Shown here piece after piece: positions 39,479 through 48,593 of a DNA stretch of 64,000 nt. Under the pieces are notes generated by a model. That model saw nothing but the letters and a program-made list of their open reading frames with translations. It did not search any database and was not told where the DNA came from. Position numbers and translations under genes: made by a program. Every line of letters starts with the position of its first letter. Positions within the stretch are counted from its first letter, which is position 1. Origin of the DNA: Candidatus Methanomethylophilaceae archaeon (GTDB lineage: Archaea > Thermoplasmatota > Thermoplasmata > Methanomassiliicoccales > Methanomethylophilaceae); the NCBI GenBank assembly GCA_050950505.1, contig JBMNHS010000001.1:576001-640000 (forward strand). Direction: 5' to 3'.

Positions 39479-39522
39479 CGATGAAAATCATACAGTATTT
39501 CCAGTGTACGAACGGAATAAAA

Positions 39523-39599
39523 TGGTGGACCCGGCCGGATTTGAACCGGCGACCTTCGCCGTGTGAAGGCGACGTCATAACCAACTAGACCACGAGTCC
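39523..39599 (-). tRNA. tRNA-Val(CAC)
   Basis: GGACTCG...TCGCC-TT-CAC-AC-GGCGA...TTCAAAT...CGGGTCC-A-CCA. Confidence 0.94.
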
Positions 39600-39683
39600 T
39601 GTACCGTAGCAATATAATGACTGTATTTAACGCTCGCGCATACCAGGAACAAAGATTAACATAAGCAACCCCTTACCGCGGAT

Positions 39684-41075
39684 ATGCCCGAATCCGACCG
39701 CATTCAGCAGAATGCCGAAAATAAGAAACTCTTCTCCAGAGAGTTCGATGTGATTTTGTCCACAGAGAAAACGGGATACCCGAGCTTCATCGGCGGCCTC
39801 CAAGTGGCCTCAGGCATGGATTATCAATTATCCAGTCCGATAGACGAAAGTATAATTTTCGGCAAATTCCAACGTCCTGAGGAAGGAACCGCCGCATATG
39901 CGGTCGAGGCGGCCAAGAAAGCCTTTGAGGTTTGGTCCGCAACGGAACCTTCGGAACGTGCAGCGATATTTGAAAACGTCCTTGAAAGGGTAAAGGCCAG
40001 AAAATTCAGGCTTGCGGCCTGCATTGCAATCAGCACGGGAATGGTAATGGAAGACTGTATCAACGAATCCGATCGGCTGATTGAGATAATCGAAGATGCC
40101 TGTGCCACTGCGGAACGTACCGAGCCTCTCGGAGTCTGGGGGATAATCTCCGAACACAATTCATCTCTGGCGTCCCCTGCCGGTGCGGCGGTTTACGCCA
40201 TGCTTGCCGGAAACACCGTTGTCGCGCTTCCCGCCAAGGGCTGCCCCATGCCCATGTTCATGTTCAGTGATATTCTCCGCGCCGTCGGAGTGCCCGACGG
40301 AGTATTCAACATACTGACTTCGGAAAGTCATGAAACGGACATGGAAATCAGCGAAGATCCGATTGTCAGGGGAATCGCCGTCTCCGGGGGCGGAGACAGA
40401 ATAGACGAACTTATGTTCCTTCCCGTGGATCATGAACTCAGGTTCGTAAGCGAAATAAAAGGAATGAATCCGATTCTCGTTCATAAAACCGGAAATATGG
40501 AAGCAGTTGCAGACAGCATAGCCGAATCCGCGTTCAGAAGCGCGGGTCAGAGACTGTATTCCTGTTCCAAAGTCATTGTAATCGAATCCGAAAAAAGAAA
40601 TCTTCTTTCCGCTTTGAAAGAATCCGTCAAATCCCTTGTGGTCGGTGATCCCGCGGAACTGGAAGCGGACGTGGGTCCGCTGATGTCAAAAACCGATCTT
40701 CTCAGATTCCAGAAACTTATGGAAAATCATTCCGATATGGTTATTCTTGGAGGAAAGAGGGTGCGGGGAGAATTCCTTGATGGGGGCAGTTATGTGGAAC
40801 CCGCCGTTGTGGAGGTGTCTTACGCCGAATGCGAACTTGGAAGTTATGACATGGGATTGCCGATTCTGGCAATTGTATCTGTTTCCGACGAAGATGAAAT
40901 GTTCGAAGAATTGCTGAGCACCGAATGCGGACTGTCCGCTTCCCTGTTCACCGATGACGGCAAACTCATCGAAAGATTCAAAGAAGAAGCGGAAGCCACC
41001 GTCCTCAATATTAACAAAGGGACGGAAAACACGCTTCCGGCATCCACTCTGAGCATAGAGAAATTCAGTGCCTGA
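39684..41075 (+). CDS. Aldehyde dehydrogenase family protein (P5C-dehydrogenase-like, divergent)
   Basis: AV.AA..AF..W, PLGVWGII, AGNTVV, P.GVFN, SAF..AGQ, GLSASLFT; active-site motifs degenerate. Confidence 0.75.
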   Translation: MPESDRIQQNAENKKLFSREFDVILSTEKTGYPSFIGGLQVASGMDYQLSSPIDESIIFGKFQRPEEGTAAYAVEAAKKAFEVWSATEPSERAAIFENVLERVKARKFRLAACIAISTGMVMEDCINESDRLIEIIEDACATAERTEPLGVWGIISEHNSSLASPAGAAVYAMLAGNTVVALPAKGCPMPMFMFSDILRAVGVPDGVFNILTSESHETDMEISEDPIVRGIAVSGGGDRIDELMFLPVDHELRFVSEIKGMNPILVHKTGNMEAVADSIAESAFRSAGQRLYSCSKVIVIESEKRNLLSALKESVKSLVVGDPAELEADVGPLMSKTDLLRFQKLMENHSDMVILGGKRVRGEFLDGGSYVEPAVVEVSYAECELGSYDMGLPILAIVSVSDEDEMFEELLSTECGLSASLFTDDGKLIERFKEEAEATVLNINKGTENTLPASTLSIEKFSA

Positions 41076-41771
41076 TCAGATTCCCCGGGTCACAACCTTT
41101 TTCACGAAAGGCTTTGCCCCGTCATACATTTCCCTGATTGTTTTGACGGGATAAGGCTGAACCTTCCCCGCTTCCGCGGACATGGTCACTCCGGGACGGA
41201 ATTGTTGGATGCAGTAACAATCGGCACCTCTCAGATGTTTCGCTATCTCAATCACATCTTCGACGGACACGGCCGGGGGGTAAACCGTCGTCCGGAATTC
41301 ATGTTCCGCGCCTGACTCTTTGATGATTCGGATACTTTCGGCAATCTTGTCCAAGTCCACCTCGATGCCCGCGGCATTGCTGTATTTTTCTTTGTCGAGA
41401 GCCGTCTTGACGTCCATGGCCACGTAATCAATCATTTTGGCTCCGATCAAATCGTCCAAAATTTCGGGACGGCTTCCATTGGTATCCAATTTCACTCCGA
41501 GACCCAGTTTTTTAATCTCTTTGAGAAATCCGTACAAACCGTTCTGCAAGGTCGGTTCTCCGCCGGATATGACCACGCCGTTGAGGAAATCGCTGTTTTC
41601 CCGAATGTATTCCAATACTTCTTTTTCATCAACGGAATCCGCGTTTCCTTTGACAAGTTCGGGATTGTGACAAAACGGGCATGAGAAATTGCAACCGGGC
41701 GTGAATATCAGACAGGCGACCTTCCCGTCCCAATCGGAAAGTGTCGTCTTTATAAAACCGCCTATTTTCAT
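41076..41771 (-). CDS. nrdG: Anaerobic ribonucleotide reductase activating enzyme (radical SAM)
   Basis: GCNFSCPFCHN, SGGEPT, KLDTNG, AMDVK, EFRTT. Confidence 0.82.
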   Translation of the reverse strand: MKIGGFIKTTLSDWDGKVACLIFTPGCNFSCPFCHNPELVKGNADSVDEKEVLEYIRENSDFLNGVVISGGEPTLQNGLYGFLKEIKKLGLGVKLDTNGSRPEILDDLIGAKMIDYVAMDVKTALDKEKYSNAAGIEVDLDKIAESIRIIKESGAEHEFRTTVYPPAVSVEDVIEIAKHLRGADCYCIQQFRPGVTMSAEAGKVQPYPVKTIREMYDGAKPFVKKVVTRGI

Positions 41772-41843
41772 GTTCGGCATATGGTTGCATCCGATATTAT
41801 CAGTTTTGCAGTATGATTAATAACAACATCACAATATTCCCGC

Positions 41844-43391
41844 ATGACTAAAATGACTGTCCGTTTCTTCCCTGCCGGGAAAGTTGTGGAGTTGGACGAA
41901 GTTCGCAAAATTTCTCAGGCGGCGGAGTTGGCAGGTGTTAAAATAACGTTGCCCTGCAACGGCAGAGGCCGTTGCGGACGTTGCGGAGTATACATCACAC
42001 AAACACCGGAGGACGGCAGTGAACCGAACCTCACGGGCATGGAGAGAGTGCTGGCATGCAGGCACGACATCACCGGAGACATCGACGTTTTCGTCCCCTT
42101 GGATGAATATGGCCGCATAGTCGCCGGAGAAGATCAAAGAAAAGTCTATGACGGCGAGATAGTGCCCATAGTAAAAGCGAAAGGCAAGACCCAGCTGGGA
42201 CTCGCCGTCGATTTGGGAACCGCCGCAATCGCGGTCAGTATCCTGGATCTCAAAACCGGATTCGAATTGTATTCAACGGTGGGGGACAATCCGCAGTCCT
42301 TCGCGGGTGACGATCTCGAATCCAGAAAAGCATATGCCGATGAGAAAGGCGGAGACATCCTCAGAAAAGCGGCCATAGACAAAATCAATGATCTGATGTA
42401 CACCTTTGTCGGAGACCCGGACAATGTGAAAACCGCGGTTATTTCCGGTAAGCCCTATCTGATGGCGTCTCTGACCGAAGTTTGCAGCATGACCGGAGGT
42501 CCATTCTGCCTCGGCGGTTCCGAACTGGGTCTCGACATGGCCGAAGACGCCCCCACATTCTGTGTGAAAGAACTGTCCGAAGAAGTGGGCGGGGATTTGA
42601 TAGGCGGGATTCTCGCATGCGACATGGACTCCGCGGATGAAACGATTCTTCTGATCGATATCGGTTCAACGGTTCAACTGGCTCTCGGAAACAAAGAATC
42701 AATTCTGGTATGTTCGTCCGAATCCGGACCCGCTTTGGAAGGAGGTAACGTGATTTTTGGAATGACGCCCTCTATCGGAGCCATAGACAGCGTTCAGTTC
42801 AAACGCGGACGCATGAGTTATACCGTGATAGGCGGGACATCCCCGGCCGGAATCTGCGGTTCCGGGCTCATAGATTTGGTATCCGGGCTTTATGCAAGCG
42901 GTTTCATCGACATTGAAGGAAAATTCACCAAGAAAGCGAAAATCTTCGAATCCGAAAATGGAAAGGCCTTCGGAATAACTGACAGGATTTACGTTACCGA
43001 GGCGGACGTCGCCGCGGTCATGAGGGCCAAAGCCGCGGTATGTGCCGGAATCCTGACGTTGCTGAATGAAAGGGAAATGGTCATGGACGACATTTCGCGC
43101 ATAGTCCTGTCCGGAAGTTTCGGAATATTCATCAACGTGGACAACGCAATCGCTTTGGGCATGTTGCCGGAGATGGATCGGGACAGGTTCAACTTCCTGG
43201 GCAATGCTTCGATGACATATGCCAGAAACGCAATGCTTTCCGAAAATATAAGGGACAGGGCAGAAGCGGTCCGCGGCATAATCAATCCGATAAATTTCAG
43301 GGACGGCTCTTACGATGACGAATTCAAACTTGTGTATCCCATACCGGAAGACGGATCCTTCATTTCCAAGCTGAAGAGGAGGCTGCTTTAA
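41844..43391 (+). CDS. ASKHA-type reductive activator of corrinoid proteins (RACo/AcsV-like) with N-terminal [2Fe-2S]
   Basis: PCNGRGRCGRC...LAC, VDLGT, VGGD, DIG, GPALEG, GICGSG.ID, AKAA, G.FG, GNAS. Confidence 0.85.
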   Translation: MTKMTVRFFPAGKVVELDEVRKISQAAELAGVKITLPCNGRGRCGRCGVYITQTPEDGSEPNLTGMERVLACRHDITGDIDVFVPLDEYGRIVAGEDQRKVYDGEIVPIVKAKGKTQLGLAVDLGTAAIAVSILDLKTGFELYSTVGDNPQSFAGDDLESRKAYADEKGGDILRKAAIDKINDLMYTFVGDPDNVKTAVISGKPYLMASLTEVCSMTGGPFCLGGSELGLDMAEDAPTFCVKELSEEVGGDLIGGILACDMDSADETILLIDIGSTVQLALGNKESILVCSSESGPALEGGNVIFGMTPSIGAIDSVQFKRGRMSYTVIGGTSPAGICGSGLIDLVSGLYASGFIDIEGKFTKKAKIFESENGKAFGITDRIYVTEADVAAVMRAKAAVCAGILTLLNEREMVMDDISRIVLSGSFGIFINVDNAIALGMLPEMDRDRFNFLGNASMTYARNAMLSENIRDRAEAVRGIINPINFRDGSYDDEFKLVYPIPEDGSFISKLKRRLL

Positions 43392-43395
43392 AAAA

Positions 43396-44136
43396 ATGAC
43401 CGTCATAGCGCTGGTCGGCAAAGGCGGAGTGGGCAAAAGTACGATAGCTTCCCAAATCGTGAGACGACTGTCGAAAACCGACACTGTTCTCGCTGTGGAC
43501 GCGGATCCCAATTCCAATCTCTGCGATAAACTGGGTATTGAAGTAAAAGGCTCCATCGGAGAACTCAGGGACGAGATAATCGCGGACCCCGCAAAGGTTC
43601 CCGAGGGGTTGAGCAAACAACAGTATGTGAGCGAAAGAGTGGAACGTGCGATATCCGAAACGGATTCCGTGGATCTTCTTGTCATGGGGAGGCCGGAAGG
43701 CGAAGGATGCTACTGTTTTATTAACACCGCACTGAAAGAAAGTTTTGTCAGACTGATACCCGGTTACGGATACACAGTGGTGGACAACGAAGCGGGGATG
43801 GAGCACATGTCCCGCAAAGTCCTGCCTCATGCGGACGTGTTCATTTTTGTTTCCGATCCGACGGTTACGGGAATCAAAACCGCAGAACGGCTTTCTGACT
43901 TGGCCGATGATGTGGGAATAGTGATGGACAGAAAAATACTGATTCTCAACAACGTTTCGTCAAAACTTTCGGACAAACTGAACCGGGCCGCGAAAGAATC
44001 GGGATTCTCCGAGGTAATGACATTCCCTTATGAAGAATATATTTCCGAATCTGCGATGGAATCCGAAGAACTCGACGTTCCGGAAGACACGGGGTTCGGC
44101 AAAGCCCTCACAGAGCTGTTGAAGGTCATAATTTAA
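43396..44136 (+). CDS. CooC/AcsF-type nickel-insertion ATPase
   Basis: GKGGVGKST, VDADP..NL, GEGCYC, DNEAGMEH. Confidence 0.88.
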   Translation: MTVIALVGKGGVGKSTIASQIVRRLSKTDTVLAVDADPNSNLCDKLGIEVKGSIGELRDEIIADPAKVPEGLSKQQYVSERVERAISETDSVDLLVMGRPEGEGCYCFINTALKESFVRLIPGYGYTVVDNEAGMEHMSRKVLPHADVFIFVSDPTVTGIKTAERLSDLADDVGIVMDRKILILNNVSSKLSDKLNRAAKESGFSEVMTFPYEEYISESAMESEELDVPEDTGFGKALTELLKVII

Positions 44137-46171
44137 GTAAATCCATATTTTCAGAAGGATGGTTCCTTTCCGATATCCACGCGATTAGCGATTCGTTGTC
44201 CGTGACTGCGTCTCCGTCCGCTATCTTGCCGTAGAGCTCCGAATCCCCTGAGGATTCACAGGCCTTTTTCAATGAATCCCCAAGCATGGATTTGAGACGG
44301 GAACTCATCCAGGATACCCGTTTCAATCCCCCGTCTCCTTTCAGGAAACCTTCGGACAGGACGTAACGTCTGCCGAGCCCCATATACCCGGGACGTTGGG
44401 AACCTCTTCCGACCATTGCGGATATTTCCGAATATGACATTCCGGACGGATTGTTTCCCATTTCCGAACGGTCAACGAGAATCACGGAACGACGGTCGTC
44501 CGATATCGCAGCCACGACTTCCATGCAACTGCAGGCGGTCATCGGCGAATCTGCGATACTGTGAACGCAGACTCTCGTCACCGAACCCATGGACGTCTTC
44601 GAAACGATATCGTTCACCCCCGACCAAACTCCTTTTTTCGAATCGATGCATTTCCCCTTTGAGAAAGGCCTCTGTCGGCCCTCGGGATCTATTTCGCTTC
44701 CCACTTTGGCATCGACCCATGTGACGGAACCGCAAACGCTGGACCGCTCCGGTGTAATTATGCAGATGTGTCCCGGTGCATAAGTCTGGCATATTGTGCA
44801 GGTGTAGAATTCAGGTACGTCTTCGTCGGTCAATCCGGAGATTTCGGCGTCTCTTGACAAGAAATGTTTTCTCGCTTTTTCCAATCCTATGGAAACAACG
44901 GAAGGTTCGACCGAGAACGTGACATCGACGGAATCCACGGCAGAGCCGAAGTTCTCTTTGATGTCCGATATGATATTGTCTCCCAAATCTGTGAATCCGA
45001 TTCCTTTTTTAACGGCGGAATCACTTACTCGGATCCAACACGTATCTCTCTGTCCGTTATGCCAGACGCCTTCCATACGACTCAAGGCAAAGTGAATCCT
45101 TCGTTCTATGGCCTGTTCCATGACGGATTCGACTCTTCCCGAAACCCTGACTTCCAGCGACAGGGGGTAATCGCCCCTCTCCAATTTTGGAAGATCCTTT
45201 CCGATTACGAAAGTTCTGCCGTCCTCGGTCTGTTCGTTGATTCTGACGATTTCATAGGAAGGCGCCTCATCGTTGCCTCCGAATTCAAAGAAAGCATCGA
45301 CTTTCCGTATACGTTCATTCTCAAAAGAAGAATCTGAACGAATTTTCCCTCCCTTTTTGAAAGTGATTCCCCGTTCGGCCACAGCTCCGGAAACAAGATT
45401 GATTTTTCTGTATCCGGAGAATCTGGGTATTTCAGGGAATACGGAGTTTACGACGGTATATGACCCCACGGCCGCCGCGGAAAATATCGTGAGAACATCC
45501 AAAACGGTCAGCGTACCGGTGTGCACCGTAATCAGTTTAGGTCTCTTTTTGAGATATTTGGCGACAGAAACCCGGTCTCCGGCTTTGACGTTGCCGTACA
45601 TTATCGCGGTTCTGGCCAAAAATCCGTTGACTTCCAGAGATCGGTTTCCGCCGAGTCTGAGAACATCGCAATTAACATCAAAATCGGAATAACCTCCCGC
45701 AAGAACAATAATCAGGCCTCTTTCCGAGCAATACCGAATTTCATCCGCCGAACTGTCATCGGGTTCCCCGATGAACAGAACAATCCCGGGAACGGTGCCG
45801 TCAATAAGATCGGTGCCGTAATCGGCGATAAAAGAATCGGACACCAGTTCTCTGTCATAAATCGACCTGAGAATCTCGTGGGCTATGGACGCCTCGATTC
45901 CCGCTGCAAGCCCTCCTTCCGTTCCTTCGTGAAATTCATCGGAAAATAAATTCCGCAGGTCGGACACTTTCAGCCCCTCAATCCCCGTCCAGGAATAAAC
46001 CGTGGGAATCCCCCGTCCGGTGCTTCCGGATTTCAACACAACGTCTTCAGACAAATCCGATATGCCATTCAATGCTTCTCCGACAAGGTGCTCAAGCCCG
46101 TCATCCAAGGCCTTCCGGACACCGTCCCCGGAATTCACGACTCTGTTCAAAACCATGTCAGCTGAGCTCAT
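44126..46171 (-). CDS. acsB: Acetyl-CoA synthase subunit (AcsB/CdhC-like, long N-terminal domain)
   Basis: FENERIRK, EFGG, IERR.H, QRD..WIR, FYTCTICQ..AP.H.C..TPER..CG, PMTACSC; alternative start at 46156. Confidence 0.85.
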   Translation of the reverse strand: MSSADMVLNRVVNSGDGVRKALDDGLEHLVGEALNGISDLSEDVVLKSGSTGRGIPTVYSWTGIEGLKVSDLRNLFSDEFHEGTEGGLAAGIEASIAHEILRSIYDRELVSDSFIADYGTDLIDGTVPGIVLFIGEPDDSSADEIRYCSERGLIIVLAGGYSDFDVNCDVLRLGGNRSLEVNGFLARTAIMYGNVKAGDRVSVAKYLKKRPKLITVHTGTLTVLDVLTIFSAAAVGSYTVVNSVFPEIPRFSGYRKINLVSGAVAERGITFKKGGKIRSDSSFENERIRKVDAFFEFGGNDEAPSYEIVRINEQTEDGRTFVIGKDLPKLERGDYPLSLEVRVSGRVESVMEQAIERRIHFALSRMEGVWHNGQRDTCWIRVSDSAVKKGIGFTDLGDNIISDIKENFGSAVDSVDVTFSVEPSVVSIGLEKARKHFLSRDAEISGLTDEDVPEFYTCTICQTYAPGHICIITPERSSVCGSVTWVDAKVGSEIDPEGRQRPFSKGKCIDSKKGVWSGVNDIVSKTSMGSVTRVCVHSIADSPMTACSCMEVVAAISDDRRSVILVDRSEMGNNPSGMSYSEISAMVGRGSQRPGYMGLGRRYVLSEGFLKGDGGLKRVSWMSSRLKSMLGDSLKKACESSGDSELYGKIADGDAVTDNESLIAWISERNHPSENMDLLKL

Positions 46172-47066
46172 TTAATTTTTCAAGAGTGAATATACCGTTC
46201 AATTTTTCCAGTTCCTTCGGCAAAACATCCCGGAGTTTCTGAGCGGATGTGTCACTGTGTCCGACATCGGCCACAAGTTCGACCATCATTCTCTGATAAC
46301 ATATTTTCACTTTGCTGAAAACTGAAATCAGGTTGAGATTCTTTCGTGCCAGCAAATCAAAAATCTGTTGAAGCGCACCCGGGTTATCCGGTACTTCAAA
46401 CACAAGGTTGACGAGATGGGTATCGGGTTTGAAGAAAATAATCGACAGCACCCATGATTCTGCGTCGGAAACAAGCATCACGTCACGACCGTTTGCATTT
46501 TTGAGAATGTCTCCGTATCCCGGGGCTATGTCGAAGGTTCCGTCTTCGAAAGTGCAGGGTTCGGCACGTTTGATTTCTTCTTTGGTGTGGTATTCCGGAT
46601 CCGATCTGAACATCCTGCCTATTTCAGCGGGCGTTATCAGGATGTGGTCGATGAAAGAAACCGAGGGATCTTCCGCTGTCTTTCTTTTTTCAAGTTCTTC
46701 CAAAAGCAAATCCGCTTCTCCGGCGAAACTGAGATCGGCCATCAGTTTCCAGATTATGACGGTGTCAGATATACCGTTGAGGGAAACCGAATTCAGAATG
46801 TTTATCTCACGGTCGGACAGAAACTTCGATGCCTGGGCACTTGAGCCGGGGACATCCTTCATGTAAAACGTGATGTACGTCAGCGTATGATAATTCTCCT
46901 GGGGGAACATGGACAGTATTATTTCAAAGTCCTTGGGCCCTCCGCCGGTGTGTTTGAACAATGTACTGTAAACACACCCGCCGTTCATCAAACCCATCGT
47001 ATCGGACAGCCAACGGTCGATTTCGATCTTTGTGTTTTTGACCTTTGTGAATTCCCAGAATTTCAT
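46158..47066 (-). CDS. Protein with two ACT-like domains
   Basis: MKDVPGSSAQ....L....INIL and VPDNPGALQQ....L....LNLIS repeats. Confidence 0.65.
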   Translation of the reverse strand: MKFWEFTKVKNTKIEIDRWLSDTMGLMNGGCVYSTLFKHTGGGPKDFEIILSMFPQENYHTLTYITFYMKDVPGSSAQASKFLSDREINILNSVSLNGISDTVIIWKLMADLSFAGEADLLLEELEKRKTAEDPSVSFIDHILITPAEIGRMFRSDPEYHTKEEIKRAEPCTFEDGTFDIAPGYGDILKNANGRDVMLVSDAESWVLSIIFFKPDTHLVNLVFEVPDNPGALQQIFDLLARKNLNLISVFSKVKICYQRMMVELVADVGHSDTSAQKLRDVLPKELEKLNGIFTLEKLNELS

Positions 47067-47097
47067 AGGAGACCCTTTGTTTGATTGTAAGCAACAA

Positions 47098-47364
47098 TCA
47101 TATATTTTTCCCGTCAAAGTATTTCACGGACGCAAAGGGACGGGTCCAACAGGGATCGTCGTTGACCGATCCGATGTCCGCAATGATATTCGGAATGCTG
47201 CCCGCATCGTCACGGGACGAAGAGCAATGTTCCAGCGCATCCAGAAGATCCTTCCCGCGGGCGGTCATTCCGGACATGTGCAATGCGTCCTCAATGAGGA
47301 CTGAAGCCTCTTCCAACAATTTGTGCGCTCTCCGAAGCTTCTCTATGGACTCTTTAGCATCCAT
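47098..47364 (-). CDS. Hypothetical protein (88 aa)
   Basis: GGAGA RBS-like site; fills the gap in the minus-strand operon. Confidence 0.6.
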   Translation of the reverse strand: MDAKESIEKLRRAHKLLEEASVLIEDALHMSGMTARGKDLLDALEHCSSSRDDAGSIPNIIADIGSVNDDPCWTRPFASVKYFDGKNI

Positions 47365-47366
47365 AT

Positions 47367-47759
47367 TTATCTCCTTTTGGTGAAGTGGTATCTTCCGGGC
47401 ACAACGGATTCCGGCCCTGTGGTAAACTTGCACAAATCACATCTTCTTCTGACTTCGATTATTCCGCCGTCCAAAGTTCTGTTTTTGACGGAAACCATCT
47501 GATTTCTGCAAACAGGACAGATTTCGGGCAATTCTTTGTCTTTGGCGGTGCTGTACTCTATGTTCACACGGATAATTCCCTTATTGAGACCGATTCTGCG
47601 AATCCTCTCTCCGCTGATTCTGTAATCCTCATCGAGACGGGATAACTGTGTACTGACCAATCCGACCAATTCCCTTTGCGATCGGACCTGCGGATTTTTA
47701 TGCATCACTATCAGTAACGCATCCGCGACGTCATTCTCGCGAGGGATTTTATACGCCAT
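47367..47759 (-). CDS. Hypothetical winged-helix-like protein with Zn ribbon
   Basis: SQREL, S.ERIRR, CPVC...CDLC, PGRYHF. Confidence 0.7.
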   Translation of the reverse strand: MAYKIPRENDVADALLIVMHKNPQVRSQRELVGLVSTQLSRLDEDYRISGERIRRIGLNKGIIRVNIEYSTAKDKELPEICPVCRNQMVSVKNRTLDGGIIEVRRRCDLCKFTTGPESVVPGRYHFTKRR

Positions 47760-47844
47760 CAATACTGGGTATGTGGTCTACAACTATATGGTTTAATTGA
47801 AACACTAGGTAGTTTAATTAAGAATAACTGATTACGGAATCCGA

Positions 47845-47930
47845 GCGGGGGTAGCCAAGAGGACAACGGCATAGGACTTAAGATCCTAGACTTTAGGGTT
47901 TCGTGGGTTCGAATCCCATCCCCCGCACCA
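47845..47930 (+). tRNA. tRNA-Leu(TAA)
   Basis: GCGGGGG...TAGGA-CT-TAA-GA-TCCTA, long variable arm, TTCGAAT, CCCCCGC-A-CCA. Confidence 0.94.
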
Positions 47931-48125
47931 CCTTTTCTTTTTCGAATTCACCCTGTAAATATTTTTACGGATCCAATCAAATCAAAGCATACCCAACCGG
48001 CTGCGGAGACCATGACTCATTGCGGATTGCAGGCAGAATACTCTTTCGAAGCGCATTCTTCCCGAATTATAAAATACACCGCATTCCAGTATCCTTTTGG
48101 GCTTATGTGCCCGGGGAGTTTCCCA

Positions 48126-48428
48126 ATGACAGAAAAAGCACAGAAAAGAAAAGAGAACAGGAACGAATTCAGAGTGGAGGTGCTTGAGGCATTCGCGGCG
48201 TTGATTACCGCTGCATTCGGACTTGTTGCGGCACTTGCTTGGAACGAGGCAATCAAAACGACTATCGATAACTTCTTCGACAAAAGTCTAGAGGTGACTC
48301 TGGGACAGTTCGGGGCACTGTATTTCTATGCCATAATCGTGACGCTCATCGCCGTTCTGTTCACTATTTGGATAGCCAGAGCCTCCAAGAAGGCAAAGTT
48401 GTTGTTGGTTGATGAAGAAAACGAGTGA
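48126..48428 (+). CDS. Small membrane protein, DUF5654-like
   Basis: LITAAFGLVAALAWNEAIK and YAIIVT..AV motifs. Confidence 0.78.
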   Translation: MTEKAQKRKENRNEFRVEVLEAFAALITAAFGLVAALAWNEAIKTTIDNFFDKSLEVTLGQFGALYFYAIIVTLIAVLFTIWIARASKKAKLLLVDEENE

Positions 48429-48440
48429 ACGATTTTTCAA

Positions 48441-48480
48441 GGCTCCTCACCGAGCCACAAACCCTTTATTTTCCGTTTTT
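48441..48480 (+). terminator. Weak hairpin plus T-tracts
   Basis: GGCTC-ctcacc-GAGCC followed by tttattttccgttttt. Confidence 0.4.
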
Positions 48481-48593
48481 GTTTATTTAAGGGCTTCTGA
48501 TTAACCAATTAGCCAGAAGTGAAATCCAGTTAAATCCGGGAATAGGTTATATTTATATAATATGACTCAGTAGTTTGTCGCGGAGTTATATTC

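Noticed and set aside
38982-39599. Integrated element or att site at tRNA-Val
   Set aside because: Both are complete tRNAs with different anticodons in inverted orientation; no integrase or duplicated 3' fragment
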